Assembly: GCA_051362555.1 (NCBI GenBank) | Contig: CM120640.1 | Coordinates: 45,548,788 to 45,612,787, forward strand | Direction of reading: 5' to 3' | DNA length: 64,000 nt | Origin: Lingula anatina | Lineage: Eukaryota; Animalia; Brachiopoda | Part shown: one piece after another, positions 26,926-40,400 of the stretch | Numbering within the stretch: position 1 is the stretch's first letter | Layout: the number at the start of each line of letters is the position of its first letter | Translations under genes and position numbers: made by a program | Notes under the pieces: model-generated | The model's input: only the letters and a program-made list of their open reading frames with translations | What the model was told of the DNA's origin: nothing | The model's database searches: none

Positions 26926-28026
26926 ATGTGTCCCCCGGACGACTTAAAGCGAGGAAAAGAAAACGTGACACCTAGGATCAGCCTTAACCTTAGAAGCCGT
27001 CAATTAAGGGATTCACCTGGTGAAATGACGTCAAATTGCTCTAAGAGCAGGGCGTCGGATTCCAGTTCCATGCACTCTGCACACCTTAATCACCACTCAA
27101 GCAACACTCACCGCATGGATAGGTACTTAAAGAAAGAACTGGAGGGGCCTATGCCTCATTCTGTTGACAACTTCAACAATAACGACAGCGAACAGAAGAC
27201 TTATAGCAGCAGTACAAAGCAACGACGAAATAACTCCGCACAACCCCGTACGGCGGCGCTGAGCAAAAGGATTAACGCGCCCTACTGTGATAAAATGAAA
27301 CCCGAGCTCGGCGAGCGCAGTTTAACTCTGGCAGGACCTATGCTACGGAGGTCTTGCACAACCATGTGTCCGAATTCTCTCAACAGAACACAAGGCACTA
27401 GTAAAGTCCCCTTGTATTCGCCATCGAAAGAGACTACAATGATCAAAGACAATAAAGGCAATTACGTTCGGTTTCGTCTAGCCAGCAAGAACAGTTGCGA
27501 CAAAAGCACAAGTTCGGAATCGAACTGCGCTTCGGCGTCTTCCTTTCCGCACATTACAGACAACGGCCACCATGGGCCGGTGCCAGTTAAAAAAGTAAAC
27601 GCAACTGAAAACAAAAAGGCACCAAAACAACCGCAAAACTGTCTCGAAAAACGAAAGCGAAACTTTCGAAGCCGTGAACCTGTTCTTCAACAGGACTTGG
27701 TCCAAAGGAGCAATAAAGCAAAGAATACGCACACAACCCCACGATCAAACGCATTATCATCCTTCAACAATGCACCGAGTACACAGACACGCCAAGCAGG
27801 GAGTAAATTATCTAAATCTAAATCCAAAGAGACTCTTGCTCAAACGCTGGACCGTGTTTCGGTCCAAGATACCAATGGCGACTGTTGTGAGGCAGAGCAC
27901 GAAGAAATGTTAGATCCGGATCAGGTGAACAGAATAATGACGTGGCTAGAGGACTGTGAACGCGCCTTAGAGGAGCACGAAGAAACAGCCATTGTGGTGC
28001 ATCACTTGCCGGCTATCGGAGAATAA
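26926..28026 (+). CDS. Uncharacterised 366 aa disordered basic protein with C-terminal IxxWL helix, single coding exon
   Basis: 1101-nt ORF, GC-enriched, directly after a splice acceptor; ends ...MLDPDQVNRIMTWLEDCERALEE...HLPAIGE. Confidence 0.78.
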   Translation: MCPPDDLKRGKENVTPRISLNLRSRQLRDSPGEMTSNCSKSRASDSSSMHSAHLNHHSSNTHRMDRYLKKELEGPMPHSVDNFNNNDSEQKTYSSSTKQRRNNSAQPRTAALSKRINAPYCDKMKPELGERSLTLAGPMLRRSCTTMCPNSLNRTQGTSKVPLYSPSKETTMIKDNKGNYVRFRLASKNSCDKSTSSESNCASASSFPHITDNGHHGPVPVKKVNATENKKAPKQPQNCLEKRKRNFRSREPVLQQDLVQRSNKAKNTHTTPRSNALSSFNNAPSTQTRQAGSKLSKSKSKETLAQTLDRVSVQDTNGDCCEAEHEEMLDPDQVNRIMTWLEDCERALEEHEETAIVVHHLPAIGE

Positions 28027-29624
28027 TAGTGTTTAGGGTCAACAAACTAGTATAATATGAGATTTTTGACTTTGCCGCTGGTTGTTTTTTCAGTGAAGAA
28101 TGTTATTGATACGTTTCAGAATATAACTAGACAAAGAGCATAATGAGAGAGACTCGTCTTCATTCCAACAGTAGTTTTGTAGTTTAATACCGTAAACTGC
28201 CGTTTCTTCACGGATTTTGGTTTCACATAAGGGGATTGTACGAGACCGATTATGCAAAACCGTCTGGCCCATAATTTCTGTTATCTTGTCTTATTATTCT
28301 TTGTTACAAAACAAAAGCATGGGTGATAACTTGCATTATATTTACCAAAAGCGCAAACTTTAGGTTCACGGTCGGCTGCTTACGGCGATCGTGCAGTATT
28401 TGGAATTGACAATATGAGCGGTTAAACTGCCTCCAAATGAGTATCAAGTGCCAGTTATCAATATCAAATGGAAGACTTTAACGTCACGTTGTCAGAATGT
28501 CAAAAGTATCTTTTTATGTTTCTGTCAGTTCGTCTTCATAATAACGATCTCGTACGTGAGGTAAATGAAGCTTCTGTTCGAGAGATGTGGTGCTTTTTTT
28601 ATGTTTTTCGGGATACTTCTGTTGTGTAGGATGAAAATGTTGTGCGAGGTAACTTGCGTTTGTATAGATAGAAGTGTTTTTTGTCAAATGCCAAAATATA
28701 AAAAGTGAAAACTATGACAAGCTATTGGCGGTTTGACTTTATACCCTTGTTCATGTACATCTACTTAATGTACTCAAAACAAGGCTCAGTCATGTTTTGA
28801 GGTTTTGCAGCATGTCAGTTTTCATGTAGCTGGCTCTCTTTTTTGTTATTCAGAATTAACCTGAAAAGAAAACGTAATTTGACAAAATCATTTACACAAT
28901 TCTGAATGTACAACCGTGTTTTACTACCGACAGATGTTCGTCAAACATATTTAACAAAGTCATTAGAGCCGCGTCGTTTTCGTGGTTTATGGTCAACACA
29001 CTGTGTTTTCAGACATATTTATTGACGTTCAGACATGAACTTGGGTTTTCAATTACGCATTTTAGATGGTTTTGCTGACCACAAGGTATTGTAAATATGC
29101 AAGGGGCAGAGCAATGGCCTTGGGAATCATGGCCTATACGATTAGTCTTGCTCTTTTGGCTATGGACATAAAATGTAAACTACCTCATAAAAGGACCAAA
29201 ATAAAAATGTTTTGAAAATCAATTTATTGTTCAGACTTGTGCGGTAAGGTTTGTTTGAAAGTAAAGCAAGACATAAATTTGAATACGCGTGCACTTTTAT
29301 GAACTTATTCTTTCTTTTAATCTTTCTTTTTAGATTTTTTTTCAAAACTGGAAAGCATGTTTCAATTCTATTTAGTATAAAATTTAACATGAATTAAACT
29401 ATTTTCTGACTGTTGACTTTTTTCTTTTGAATATAATGCTAAAATAAAGTTCCATTTTTTTTTACCTTTCTCTCTAAACGTAATGATATCCGTTCTCACG
29501 CGTAGGCATATGCTGATATCAGTCACGTATTTTAAGTCATCCACTTGTGAAATGGGAGTTATTCTCGTTAAATGGATGTTAAAATTCATGTCGATAGATA
29601 ATCAATCATGTAATAATTACCCTC

Positions 29625-29790
29625 CAGGGGCGTAACCAGACCATTTAAAATTGTACGCACAGATTTTGAAAATTCTCAGGTACGATTATATTCCGTGAAA
29701 AATACACTGAATTTATGGAGAATAATATCATGGTTGGCTCAAAAAATTGTACGCACAGTGCATCCGTGCGTATGCCTGGTTACGCCCCTG
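29625..29790. mobile_element. MITE, 166 bp, 15-bp perfect TIRs, 5-bp flanking duplication
   Basis: CAGGGGCGTAACCAG...CTGGTTACGCCCCTG flanked by CCCTC on both sides; internal direct repeat aaaattgtacgcacag occurs twice. Confidence 0.85.
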
Positions 29791-32700
29791 CCCTCAGAGG
29801 ATATTAGAATTTACGAGATTTCAGTATTCAAGTTCATCTCAAAGCTCCTGGGTGGTTCACTACGCATTGAACTTTAAGTATTTAATTTTTTGTTATCCCG
29901 GGTGTACTGTACGTTTACTTTTAACTTTTTTACATATTAAAACAAAGTGCGCAGAAAATCACACTTACGTGCATGCAGTCATCACGTGATCTATCTAGCG
30001 CCCCTTTTATTTTGCTGTTACAAGGCCATCGCGAGCAACATTTTTTACTTCTATTTAACCTTCGCGTCTAGATTTAGATTTAGAGGCCTGAGAGTAAAAA
30101 AGCTAATTTTTTAATGTTTTCAGGCGTTTTTCAATATTAATAATAAGTAATTAACAGCCAACATTATGAACTACCTGTCCAACTTGTAACAAATGGCATT
30201 ATGGATGCCCTTCAATTTAACTGATTTAGGTGGAGACCAAAATCAGATGTCTTAAAGCTTAACAGTCAACCTTACAGTACATTACCCGTGCTATCAATAG
30301 TGCAACAACATGGTTCTTAAATGTTTTCAACTAAAGCTTTCTCATGAAAATTTATTAATTAAAAATGGTGCACGTTGGCGAGGTCCCACATATTCCTCGA
30401 GTCTCCAGATGCTCTCAATGAAATTGTGGTAGATGAGATAGTAAAGCTTAATATTAAAAATGAACACCTGCTGCAAAGTTTAGCTGCGTGACGGGGCTGG
30501 GGTTGGGGTTAGAATGGGACTATTAAGTTATATTGTATGCAAGCAACAGTCTGATGCCATCTTTGACACGTTTACATCTGCTTTAACCAAACAACATAAC
30601 ACTTCAGTTTTAATGCCACTTTGGACCAGTTCTGGAGGAAAAACAAGAATCACTCTGTCAAGGAAAATAATCGGAAAGAATCCATCATGGTCATTACTGA
30701 ACAATTATCGCCGCAGTCTTCTAGATACACTAAGTTTGCTCTATACTTGAATAGACGAAGTAACCCTGTAAAGTTTATTGTAAAGTACAGGTAGACCTAA
30801 GGATCTCATCACGCCAATGACCACGGCCAATACAGGCAGCTTCAAAGTTCTACAATATTACTAAATAACAAGAGCATGGTTAATCTCGTCCCCACACCTA
30901 CATACGCAAGCAGCATTGCCTTTTGACTAAAAATGTAATAACTGGACACATTTTTATGCATTTTTTAAATTTTCATTGTACTTGATTTTTTTTTTACATT
31001 AAAACTAACCGAAATATAATTTCGGTCGCAATTTATAAAATCATACGTGTTTTTTTTAAATAAAATCATTAGACATCTAGTACTTGCACACTGCAATTAT
31101 GTTTAGGTGACAAGCGCCTACATTGTTTCGCGCAAAAAGTCTGTTGCACTTATATTGCAGAGCATAAATTTCACCCCACAAGGCAAACGTGTATTTTACG
31201 ATTCACTCAAGACTAACGTCTCTTTTGTGTTTGACTTTCAGTAAATCAGTCTGCTTCTCTATTTAATGCATTATAAGGTAAGTGAGAACAAATTGAATTT
31301 TTTTTATATTTCTCTTATAAATTATTATTATTATTTATTTTTTTTTTTTTGCAAAATGGGAAATGGAAATATGAAGGGCGTCAGATTCAAATGGAATTCA
31401 ATTCTGAGTGGAAGCTGAAATCTAGTTACAAAGAACAAATTTGGATTCGAAATAATGTTAAAATGATGTCAACGAATGTCAAGAAAATACGTTGATTTGC
31501 GTAAAGCGTGAGGGAAGAGAAAATGGAGCGGTTTTGTAAAAATGACAATTAATTGTTCTCGTTTACAACTGTCCAGGTTTACTTTCTCATCAAAGAATTG
31601 TACGCACTTGCATTTTCAAATGTTTGCCATATCTCTAACAACAAACACAAAAGAGCAAGACCTTTTTCCCTTTTGTGAAAAGATCAGCGCCATTTATTTT
31701 GGAGCAGAGGTCACTCACCCGATTGACCGTGACATATGTTAACATATAATATTTCCAGGCAGCGTCCTTTTCTTGGAAAATTTGCTTTGAAGTAATTTGT
31801 ATAACACATGTTTTGCAATAACACATCTGGAAACATATATTCTTCATGTTTATGGGTAACTGGAATTCAAATGGAATGTGCGAGAAATCCTTAATGCATA
31901 CCCATTTTCATGCAAAAAATGTTTTTTCTCGTGTAATTTCGAGAAAAACTGGGATGAAATAGTAGTTTTTTGCATGTCCGTCTTTCTTATATGTGTTGAA
32001 CTTGTGTTGCACGACTACGTTTATAAGAACAAAGCAACAACAGCAGCAACGACAAATACTTGTATTTCCTAGAATTTTATTGTTTGCGCTTCGTCCGCAG
32101 TAAGACTCGTTTTTTAATTTTTCGTTATTATCACATACTTTTTGAACATAAAAAATTATTACGTTACTATTTACTTAACTTTGTGAAAAGCACAAATTGC
32201 AATGTCAGAACGACACAAACATCCATAGAGACAACACTTGTAACGGAAAAAGAGGAAAACAAAGAAACTTTAATATCGTAGCATAATTGCTTTTGACCAA
32301 TGTTTTTAGGGCAGGTGAATCTTTTTCTAGGTACCTACATGTTTTACAAAGACATGCCAACTTCAACTTAATATTTTATTCCTGACCATAATCACATTGA
32401 GACAGAAATAAGCCATCACAATTGAAATCCTTCCCAAGGGGACTGGAGGAGGATCTCAGTTGACACATAATACTGAAATAAAAGTGCTGCTGTCAGGGAA
32501 GCATATTATATGTTATCATGTTTGTACACTACGTTACACTCAGATTCAGGAAAAAAACTGCTATTCCAGATGTACAATTTCACATTAACTAAAAAAGGGA
32601 AATGAACCGCGAATACAGTCAATGTGGACATGGTAGATAACATATATGCTATGTTAATATACAATTTCTCAATCAATAATTAGCAATAGCTTTGCGTGGT

Positions 32701-35657
32701 ATTACACGAAAAACAGAAAAAAAATTGCAACTTTTACGGTGAAAGTCGGTGCTGAAACGAGAGGGAGAATTAAACAGAGAGATATTGAGAAAGAGGGAGT
32801 GGAGGAGAAGAGAAGGAAGGAAAGGGGATGGAAGGGAAAGCTTTTTCAATGAATTATTTGATGATATATGCTGCTAAATAGATAAATATGCCCCCCTTGT
32901 TCCTTTTTATAAGAAGTACACTGATGTCCATTCTCTGCACATGTTGTAATAGTTTCGAATTTAGGTTATTGTCCACGATTTAAGTTTTACATTCGTCATG
33001 TTCAAAATAGCTAATATTTGGTTTGGTGTTTTTTTTTTCAGAAAGTGAAAATTATGTCTTTAACTTAATTTTCAAGTATTATGATAATTTCTCTGATGTA
33101 TTGATCAACCTGTCGCCTATCTGTTTAAATAAGCAACATTGAAAGGAATGAAATTATTTTTATAGCTAGCACCATGGTCAATTCAATTTTGGTAGTTATG
33201 CATTAAAATATTCATTAAACATAGTTGTATACACTGGATAGAGACATAAACATTAATCTATTATGAATTATTTAAACTCTGTATTACTGCCTCATGTATC
33301 ATTGTCATTTATAATACGTACACGTACATCTAGGCTTATTGGCATGTATATCTGCAAGGCGTAAATAATTTTAATAGTGAATGTATAAATAATGCGTGTT
33401 TAGGATAATTAAAAACCAAATATATAAAAAATCAACTCTCAATTATCTTTATAGGCAAATTCGGTTATACCTCTTTAATATCATGAGGATGGAACTTCAA
33501 GTAGACTGTTTCTGACAGGTGACCGTAGATAGCTTCATTATTTATTATTTTACCTGTGAAACACACTCATCAGTCACCGGTGTAGAAAAATGGGGCATTT
33601 CTGAAAGTCCACTGGTCGTACTTTAAAGCAATTTACTGTCATACATATACGGCTGTTACACATTCACGGTACAGTGTGTAGATATTCGTCTTCAGAAAAG
33701 TTTTTTTTTTCTAGACGGGGAGCCTGAGAGGGGATGTCAAATACAAAGCATTGGTGATTTTAGGGAATAAAAAGCTTTTTCGTGGGTTCAGCTGTAAATT
33801 TCTCCCACTTACCAAAACAATAACGGTTTCGGATTTTCTGTATCGATTCCAAAGGAAATCCTGTCAACGTAGGAGCGTCGAAATACCAATAATAGACAAT
33901 TGACAACTACTGACGTACAGCAGTTATATTTCCGCGTATAATGTCATTTCGTACAAATGAATGCAAGAGAATGTTGTTAATTAAGCACACTGCGTTAATA
34001 TCACGAGTTTTTGAATAAAGTATTGAGTTTTTGAATGTACAGAAAGGATCAGTGCAGTTCGCAGGACAAAAAGCCCATCAAGGTCAGGCTATCGGTTAAA
34101 TACGTCCATAAATCTGAGAACTTTGAAGTGGCGAGATATGATAGATAATATCGACTTGTAGAGAGGATAAGTCTGTAACTATGGCAAGCACATTCATAAC
34201 ATGTAACACTGCATTGTTTTCGTCTCAAAGTCGTGATTCTCCATGAGAGAAAATTACAGGGATACGTGTCTGATCAATAAATTTAATCCACGTAAAAAGG
34301 CATCGGGCAATTTTACGTCTTTTTATGCTCAACTCGTACAAACACCCAAATTCGAATAGCTTTTCATCGCAGCAAATCGAAAATGGTGCAAGCAACTGAA
34401 AAGGTACATAAAATGAGTAAATGAAAAGAGGCAAATTTGCACTTTTCGTCAATCTAATTTTTTCTGTTACAGTATCAAAGTGTTGGCCATAAGATGGCAT
34501 GCCGTTTGTTTGTTTAGGAATGATGTAAGATATTCACAATGACTTTGAATTCGTCAAATATGGGGACATACATGTAAAAGGTGAATTCTATTAAAATTAG
34601 CTCTACACATAGAAGTTTGCTGTCATATAGAGCAGTGACGTGTTTATTTGTTTCGGTATCAACGCTCTTATTATTTTAAAACGCTCCGACATATTGTTTT
34701 TCATTTGATTACATATGTCTGTTCAATATTCTAAAAACGGGATTGCTAGGTCGACCACCATCACTTTAAGAAGAAGTGAATATATTTGCAAAAAAAAAAA
34801 AAAAAAATCTCAAGTAGAAATAAAACATACAATGCTACAAGTAAATGTTAGCTGGATAGGGATATAAGTCAACCAACTGTTTCGAGGGGGGGGGGGGGAT
34901 ACTGCCACAAAAATAGTGACTATCACAAAAATGATAATCACTAATACATTCAAATATCAACTGTTATTTCTGTTTGCCAAGCGCTTTAGATAAGTGATAT
35001 TTTGATACAGTGCACGGTATGCTACAGCAAGGTAGACGAGGGGCAGTGATTTGGGTTTGAATTCGAAGCATGGGGAGTTACCCGCATTGCACAAAGCATT
35101 AGTTATATTCAAGACAGGCTTGTTATTCTATTTTTATTTCTGTGGTTTACAGTCGCTGAGGTGAACACTACAAGCAGGAAGAACAAACACATCTTTAATA
35201 AACTAGTTTATACCGCGGCTAGCAAAAATACGTGTCACAAAAGTAACACATGTACGTTTTATTGTTGCCTACTTTCTTTTCAAGCAACTGTATTGGCGAC
35301 GGACGTATAAGCACATGTTATCTTTTGTGCTCAACTATTGATCTTTTCAATTATAATGTTCCGATCTGTTGACATTATTGTATAGGTGTGTGACGTGTAC
35401 GGTGTACCTATTTCAACAAACACAACGCACCTTCGCTAAATATATATACATACTCAGTATTAGGACCATTCCCTTGTATCATTTCCATAGGTTTGAGGTC
35501 CGCGACAGTAAAATCAGGTGTGACGGACATTAGGAAAGGGACAGAGTTTCTCTGAACCGTTCAGTATTATTAGATCGACATCCATGTTTACAGTCCGTGC
35601 TTGAATACCTTGGGATCAGTGAGGAAAAGGGACAGTAGTCTGATTATTTGCTACACG

Positions 35658-37372
35658 ATGACGACTAAAACAAAATTCTTTAGATATGACGTCCCGTCCG
35701 ATTTTGATGAGGAAAACGACACGCTGACATACTATGTGCTATGGAAAGGTCTGAAGGAGAGGACAACATCACATATCATACCACAAGTAACTAATGCCAA
35801 AGGTAAATGCTTTGCTTAGTTGAAATAAGATATGACGAAACTTTACATCAAGCAATGCATCTGATCGCTCATGATCAGAATCCTACTGTTCACGTAGATG
35901 GGAAAATTCATGCTTTGAAAATACTAATAGCCAAGTCAAAGTGAAAATAGATTGTATATAAAGATGCAATTTGCCCAAGACAAAGAAATAAGATTATCTA
36001 CATGGTACATGTACGTGAAGGCACCCATGAAAGAGCACGGCGTGAACGTTGTGCACCTCGCAAGTATGGTTGACATCGACGTGATACATGTACACATGTA
36101 TACTGTACGTAGATAAAATGTAAAATCCAGGGAGAGAGGACTACAGTGGGTCACGTATCCTTTGCTACCCCCTTCTCCCGCTCCCATAAAAATAACAGAA
36201 CAAGTATAACTATACAAAGTACGAAGTATTTTCCCTAGCCCCGTGCCCAACATATCGAAGGTCCTACATTCTTTCATATGCTAGAAGAAGCAAAGCAACA
36301 AAGGTTTAATCCTGAGCCCCCACCCTCTCAGGTAATTGTGAAAACTTTATTTGATGTTTTGGTAAAATCTTTGCAGTAAAGTTTAATATTTTAAAAGACC
36401 AGTACTTCAAAAAGTTTGAATACGTGTATTCATAGTCTTTTATTAGCCTGCTTTCCCTGAGAAAGTCAACACCATTCGGTACGTATACAAATAGCCCTAT
36501 AGAGGCCAGAGCAGACCTATTTCCGATGTCTCATATTGCGGTGACTGTGTCGGTAATATTACTACTTTTATAAAGCTTTGCTTTGCACCAATATCGGATC
36601 ATTTCTGGTACTAGTAGATACTGGGTTAACTGGATACGTTTACGGAATTTATATACTTTGCACTGATTATGAAAATGTTTGTATCCACAAAAGATAAAAT
36701 TGATGAAGATATTATTTTTATTCTATTACAGGCATCTTTAAACATTTCTTTTGGATACTCATAACACTAGCTACGCTTGTCGGACTGGGATACCATTTAT
36801 ACACAATGTTCTACAAATTTTTCGAATATGACGTTGGCGTTAAACTAGAAATCACGTCAAACTCAACGTTGAAATTCCCAGCAGTTACCGTTTGCAATGA
36901 AAATGCTTTTCGGAAATCGGCCCTGCTATCCAGCCCTTCTAAATTACCTACACTCGATGCCTTTGTTACCAATGGAACTGTACCGACTTCTGGCTTCAAC
37001 TCTTCGCTGATTGATTCTGAGTTAGGCGGGCGTAGTAATCGTGCAACGCTTATAGACAAAACATTGGAAGACATTTCGGAGTTAACAACTGGAGAAAAAC
37101 AAGCAATTGGTCATCAAAGGTCTGACTTCATATTGGACTGCGAGTACGGAGGATACTCTTGCAACGGAAAGTAAGATTGTTTTGTAAAAAAGTATATGTG
37201 ACATATACGTAGATCTGAAAATTATACGCACTTAAAAGAATTTAGACCTTTAATTGTGGAATATGTATGTATCCTATAGGTTAACAGTGTACGTATGTCA
37301 GCAGCCTATGTCCATTCGTCCACCACCACCTCGACTCTTTGTATTTTCTCTCTCTCTCTCTCTCTCTCTCTC

Positions 37373-37420
<48 letters not shown>

Positions 37421-40400
37421 TCAACAATTGTGGACTTTCCATAGTTCTAATAATTAATAATCGTTTTACTGCTTACTCACAGGACATTCGAGTCATTCTA
37501 CAGCACATACAACGGGAACTGTTTCATTTTCAATTCGGGATGGAATAATTCATCAATTCTTCGGGCGACAGAATCTGGCCCAAATTTCGGTAAGGTGTAC
37601 CTGTATAGGAATTTACATTATGTGTATATATGTGTGTGTTTATATGTAAATGTCAATGTTTATTTGCTTGACTACATTTCGCATTCTAGATAATAAACTG
37701 TTGACATTACTTGCTTTGCTCCAAATCGAACAAGTACAACAGTTCAACGAATTGCTTTATTATATTTCTACCGATACCTTCCAATGACCATTCAATTAAT
37801 TGTTTCTTTTCCTCAACGTGTTTTCCAGGTTTGTCCTTAACGTTTAACATCGAGCAGAGCGAATACGTGGGTGACCTCACTCAGACAGCGGGCGTGCGAG
37901 TGCTGGTACACGACCAGAACGTGATGCCTTTCCCCGAAGACCAAGGTTTCCTCGCTGCACCGGGCGAGATGACATTTGTTGGAATAAAAATGGTAGGTCA
38001 ATAGCTTTTAATGGAAGCAGAGTACTCGAGGACGCAATCATTTTGTCAAGCATGACGGATTGGATCAAGAAAAGTAATTTACAAAAGCGTTATTGATATT
38101 AAAGTTATCAGGAAACATCCGTGATGATTAGATTTGGTTGATTTTCCTTACACTGCGTGTCGGGACTATGGCACAGTTTTATCTATATAATGGACGATGT
38201 TGACATTTATTCGCCTTTTGCTCTACTTCAGGTCGAGATAGATCGGTATGGTGGAAGATATACCACATGCAAAAAAACAGACACATTCAACATAACTGAA
38301 AATATGTACCAGGCTTTGTACCCTAGTGTGGGATACAGTCAAAAAGTACGTTCCTATTACTTTACATTAATTATACGACTGTTATGATCTTTGATTGTCG
38401 TCCAGTATATAAAATAATCACGAATTGTGGTCAAACCCAGGCATCATATCACTCCAATACATTAATTAGTTTAGATGATTACTTAGATACAAATAATGTA
38501 GCTATGACAAATAGAAATATGGGGTCTAATCACTTTTGCGTAAAGCAGAAAATATTTTTCTAATCGTGTAAATAGTAATGGGGCAGTTAAATCGCCGCCT
38601 GGCTCGCTGTTGATGTTACAGATCCAACAGATGAATATCTAAGGTGTATTTTATAACATGTACCTTTAATGTGTTTTATACTTTTGTTTCTCTAGGCATG
38701 CAAGAAAACATGTTACCAGCGGACTGTGATAGAAACGTGTAAATGCGCCCTGTCTATTTACCCAAGAGTTGAGACGCTTTTCGACTCCACGACGAGTGTG
38801 CGGACATGCGACTCCTTGAATGCAACGGACGGTAAAATATTTTCTTCCATTTACGGATACACACATGTATTATGTTAAAAATAGTTGAACTCGACTTTAA
38901 ACAATTGACGCAATAAAATGAATGTAACTATCTATTTGATGAATTTCGTTCAAACGCCAGGCGAGAAAAAAGAGAACAGAACAGATCTAATTGCTGATTT
39001 TTTTCAAATACTTCTTTAATTAATAGGGACTAAGAAGATTTTACCCTCCCCCCCCCCCCCCCCCCCCAGGATCAAAAGTGATTTTCCACCACAACAATTT
39101 TATCATTTACTTACATGCATTATTCTTGCTGGTGGCTACTGCAAATTTTTGTAGCATTAACATCGCAATAACATTAACTTAGATAGAAATCTTATAAGTA
39201 GCATGCATCCAACAAATTTCCTTTTTTCCCTTCTTTCTTAATCTTTCATTTTATTTCATTTTATTTCTTATGATTTTTTTTTTTTTTTGCATTATATAGA
39301 TTATTGAAGTTATGGATCACTTTCTTTTTTAGTTTTGTGTATTGTTAACTGCTGTATTACGCTTAAACTTTAAATTAGGCATAGATCTATAGAGGTGTAC
39401 AAATTGCTTTCACAAATATTGTTCCTTTTGTCAGTGGCCTGCACGGTAAAGGTCCAAACCCAGTTCATCAACGGAGAACTGAATTGCTCCTGTATTCAGC
39501 CCTGTTCGTAAGTACTTTATCCATTTTGATATCATACGAGGAAGAACAAATCGCCCTCTTGCGCGCTCACGCTTTTTTTTTACAAGTACACCCACACATC
39601 CCATGAAATATCAACATGTACATGTGTATCCCAGAAAATAATTCATGTTTATCATAAAACGACACCTAATCTCATACACAGGAAAACATCAAAATTTACA
39701 TAATCCAAGTCTAGAAAAAGACATCACAAGTAGTTTGTTGTTGCTTTTCGCCTAAAAATATCAAATATAATATTACTATATACGTTTCCTTTTTTGCAGG
39801 GCAACATCATTTTCAATTGACACCTCTTCAGCGTACTGGCCCTCGGACGAATATGCAGTGAGTAGTAAAAAGAGAAAAAAACTAATACATAAATAGCTAG
39901 ATGACAAAAAGAATGTTATATGAAATGAGTTAGAGTTGAGTATATTCATCTTACAAGCGTGAGTTAGTTTTATTACCAGTGTTTATACTTGTATATCTGT
40001 GTACATGTATGCCAACAGATAAGTTTAAGACGTTTTTAACTTTTTACTGTGTTACCTGTGCCGGTGGTAATTTACTTCATATCAGAAGAAATGCGATACT
40101 AGTAAACTAAAATCAATAACTATATTGATGCACGTACTCGCCTTTTCTATTTCAGACGGAATTTCTCAGCAACTACAACTCAAAGTCCTCGATCGTACGT
40201 AAAATTTACAACACCTCGGGAAGTGCCGGTGTCATGAAAAATCTTGCAAAAGTTCACATCTTCTACAAGGATCTAAATTATGAGTACATATCTGAATACG
40301 TTTACTATGACGTGAGTATTAAAGGGACTGCTTCTTGTATTTTAGTGGTTTTTCTTTTAAACTATGAAAAACGAACTCTTTGCACACAGCTGACTGCATA

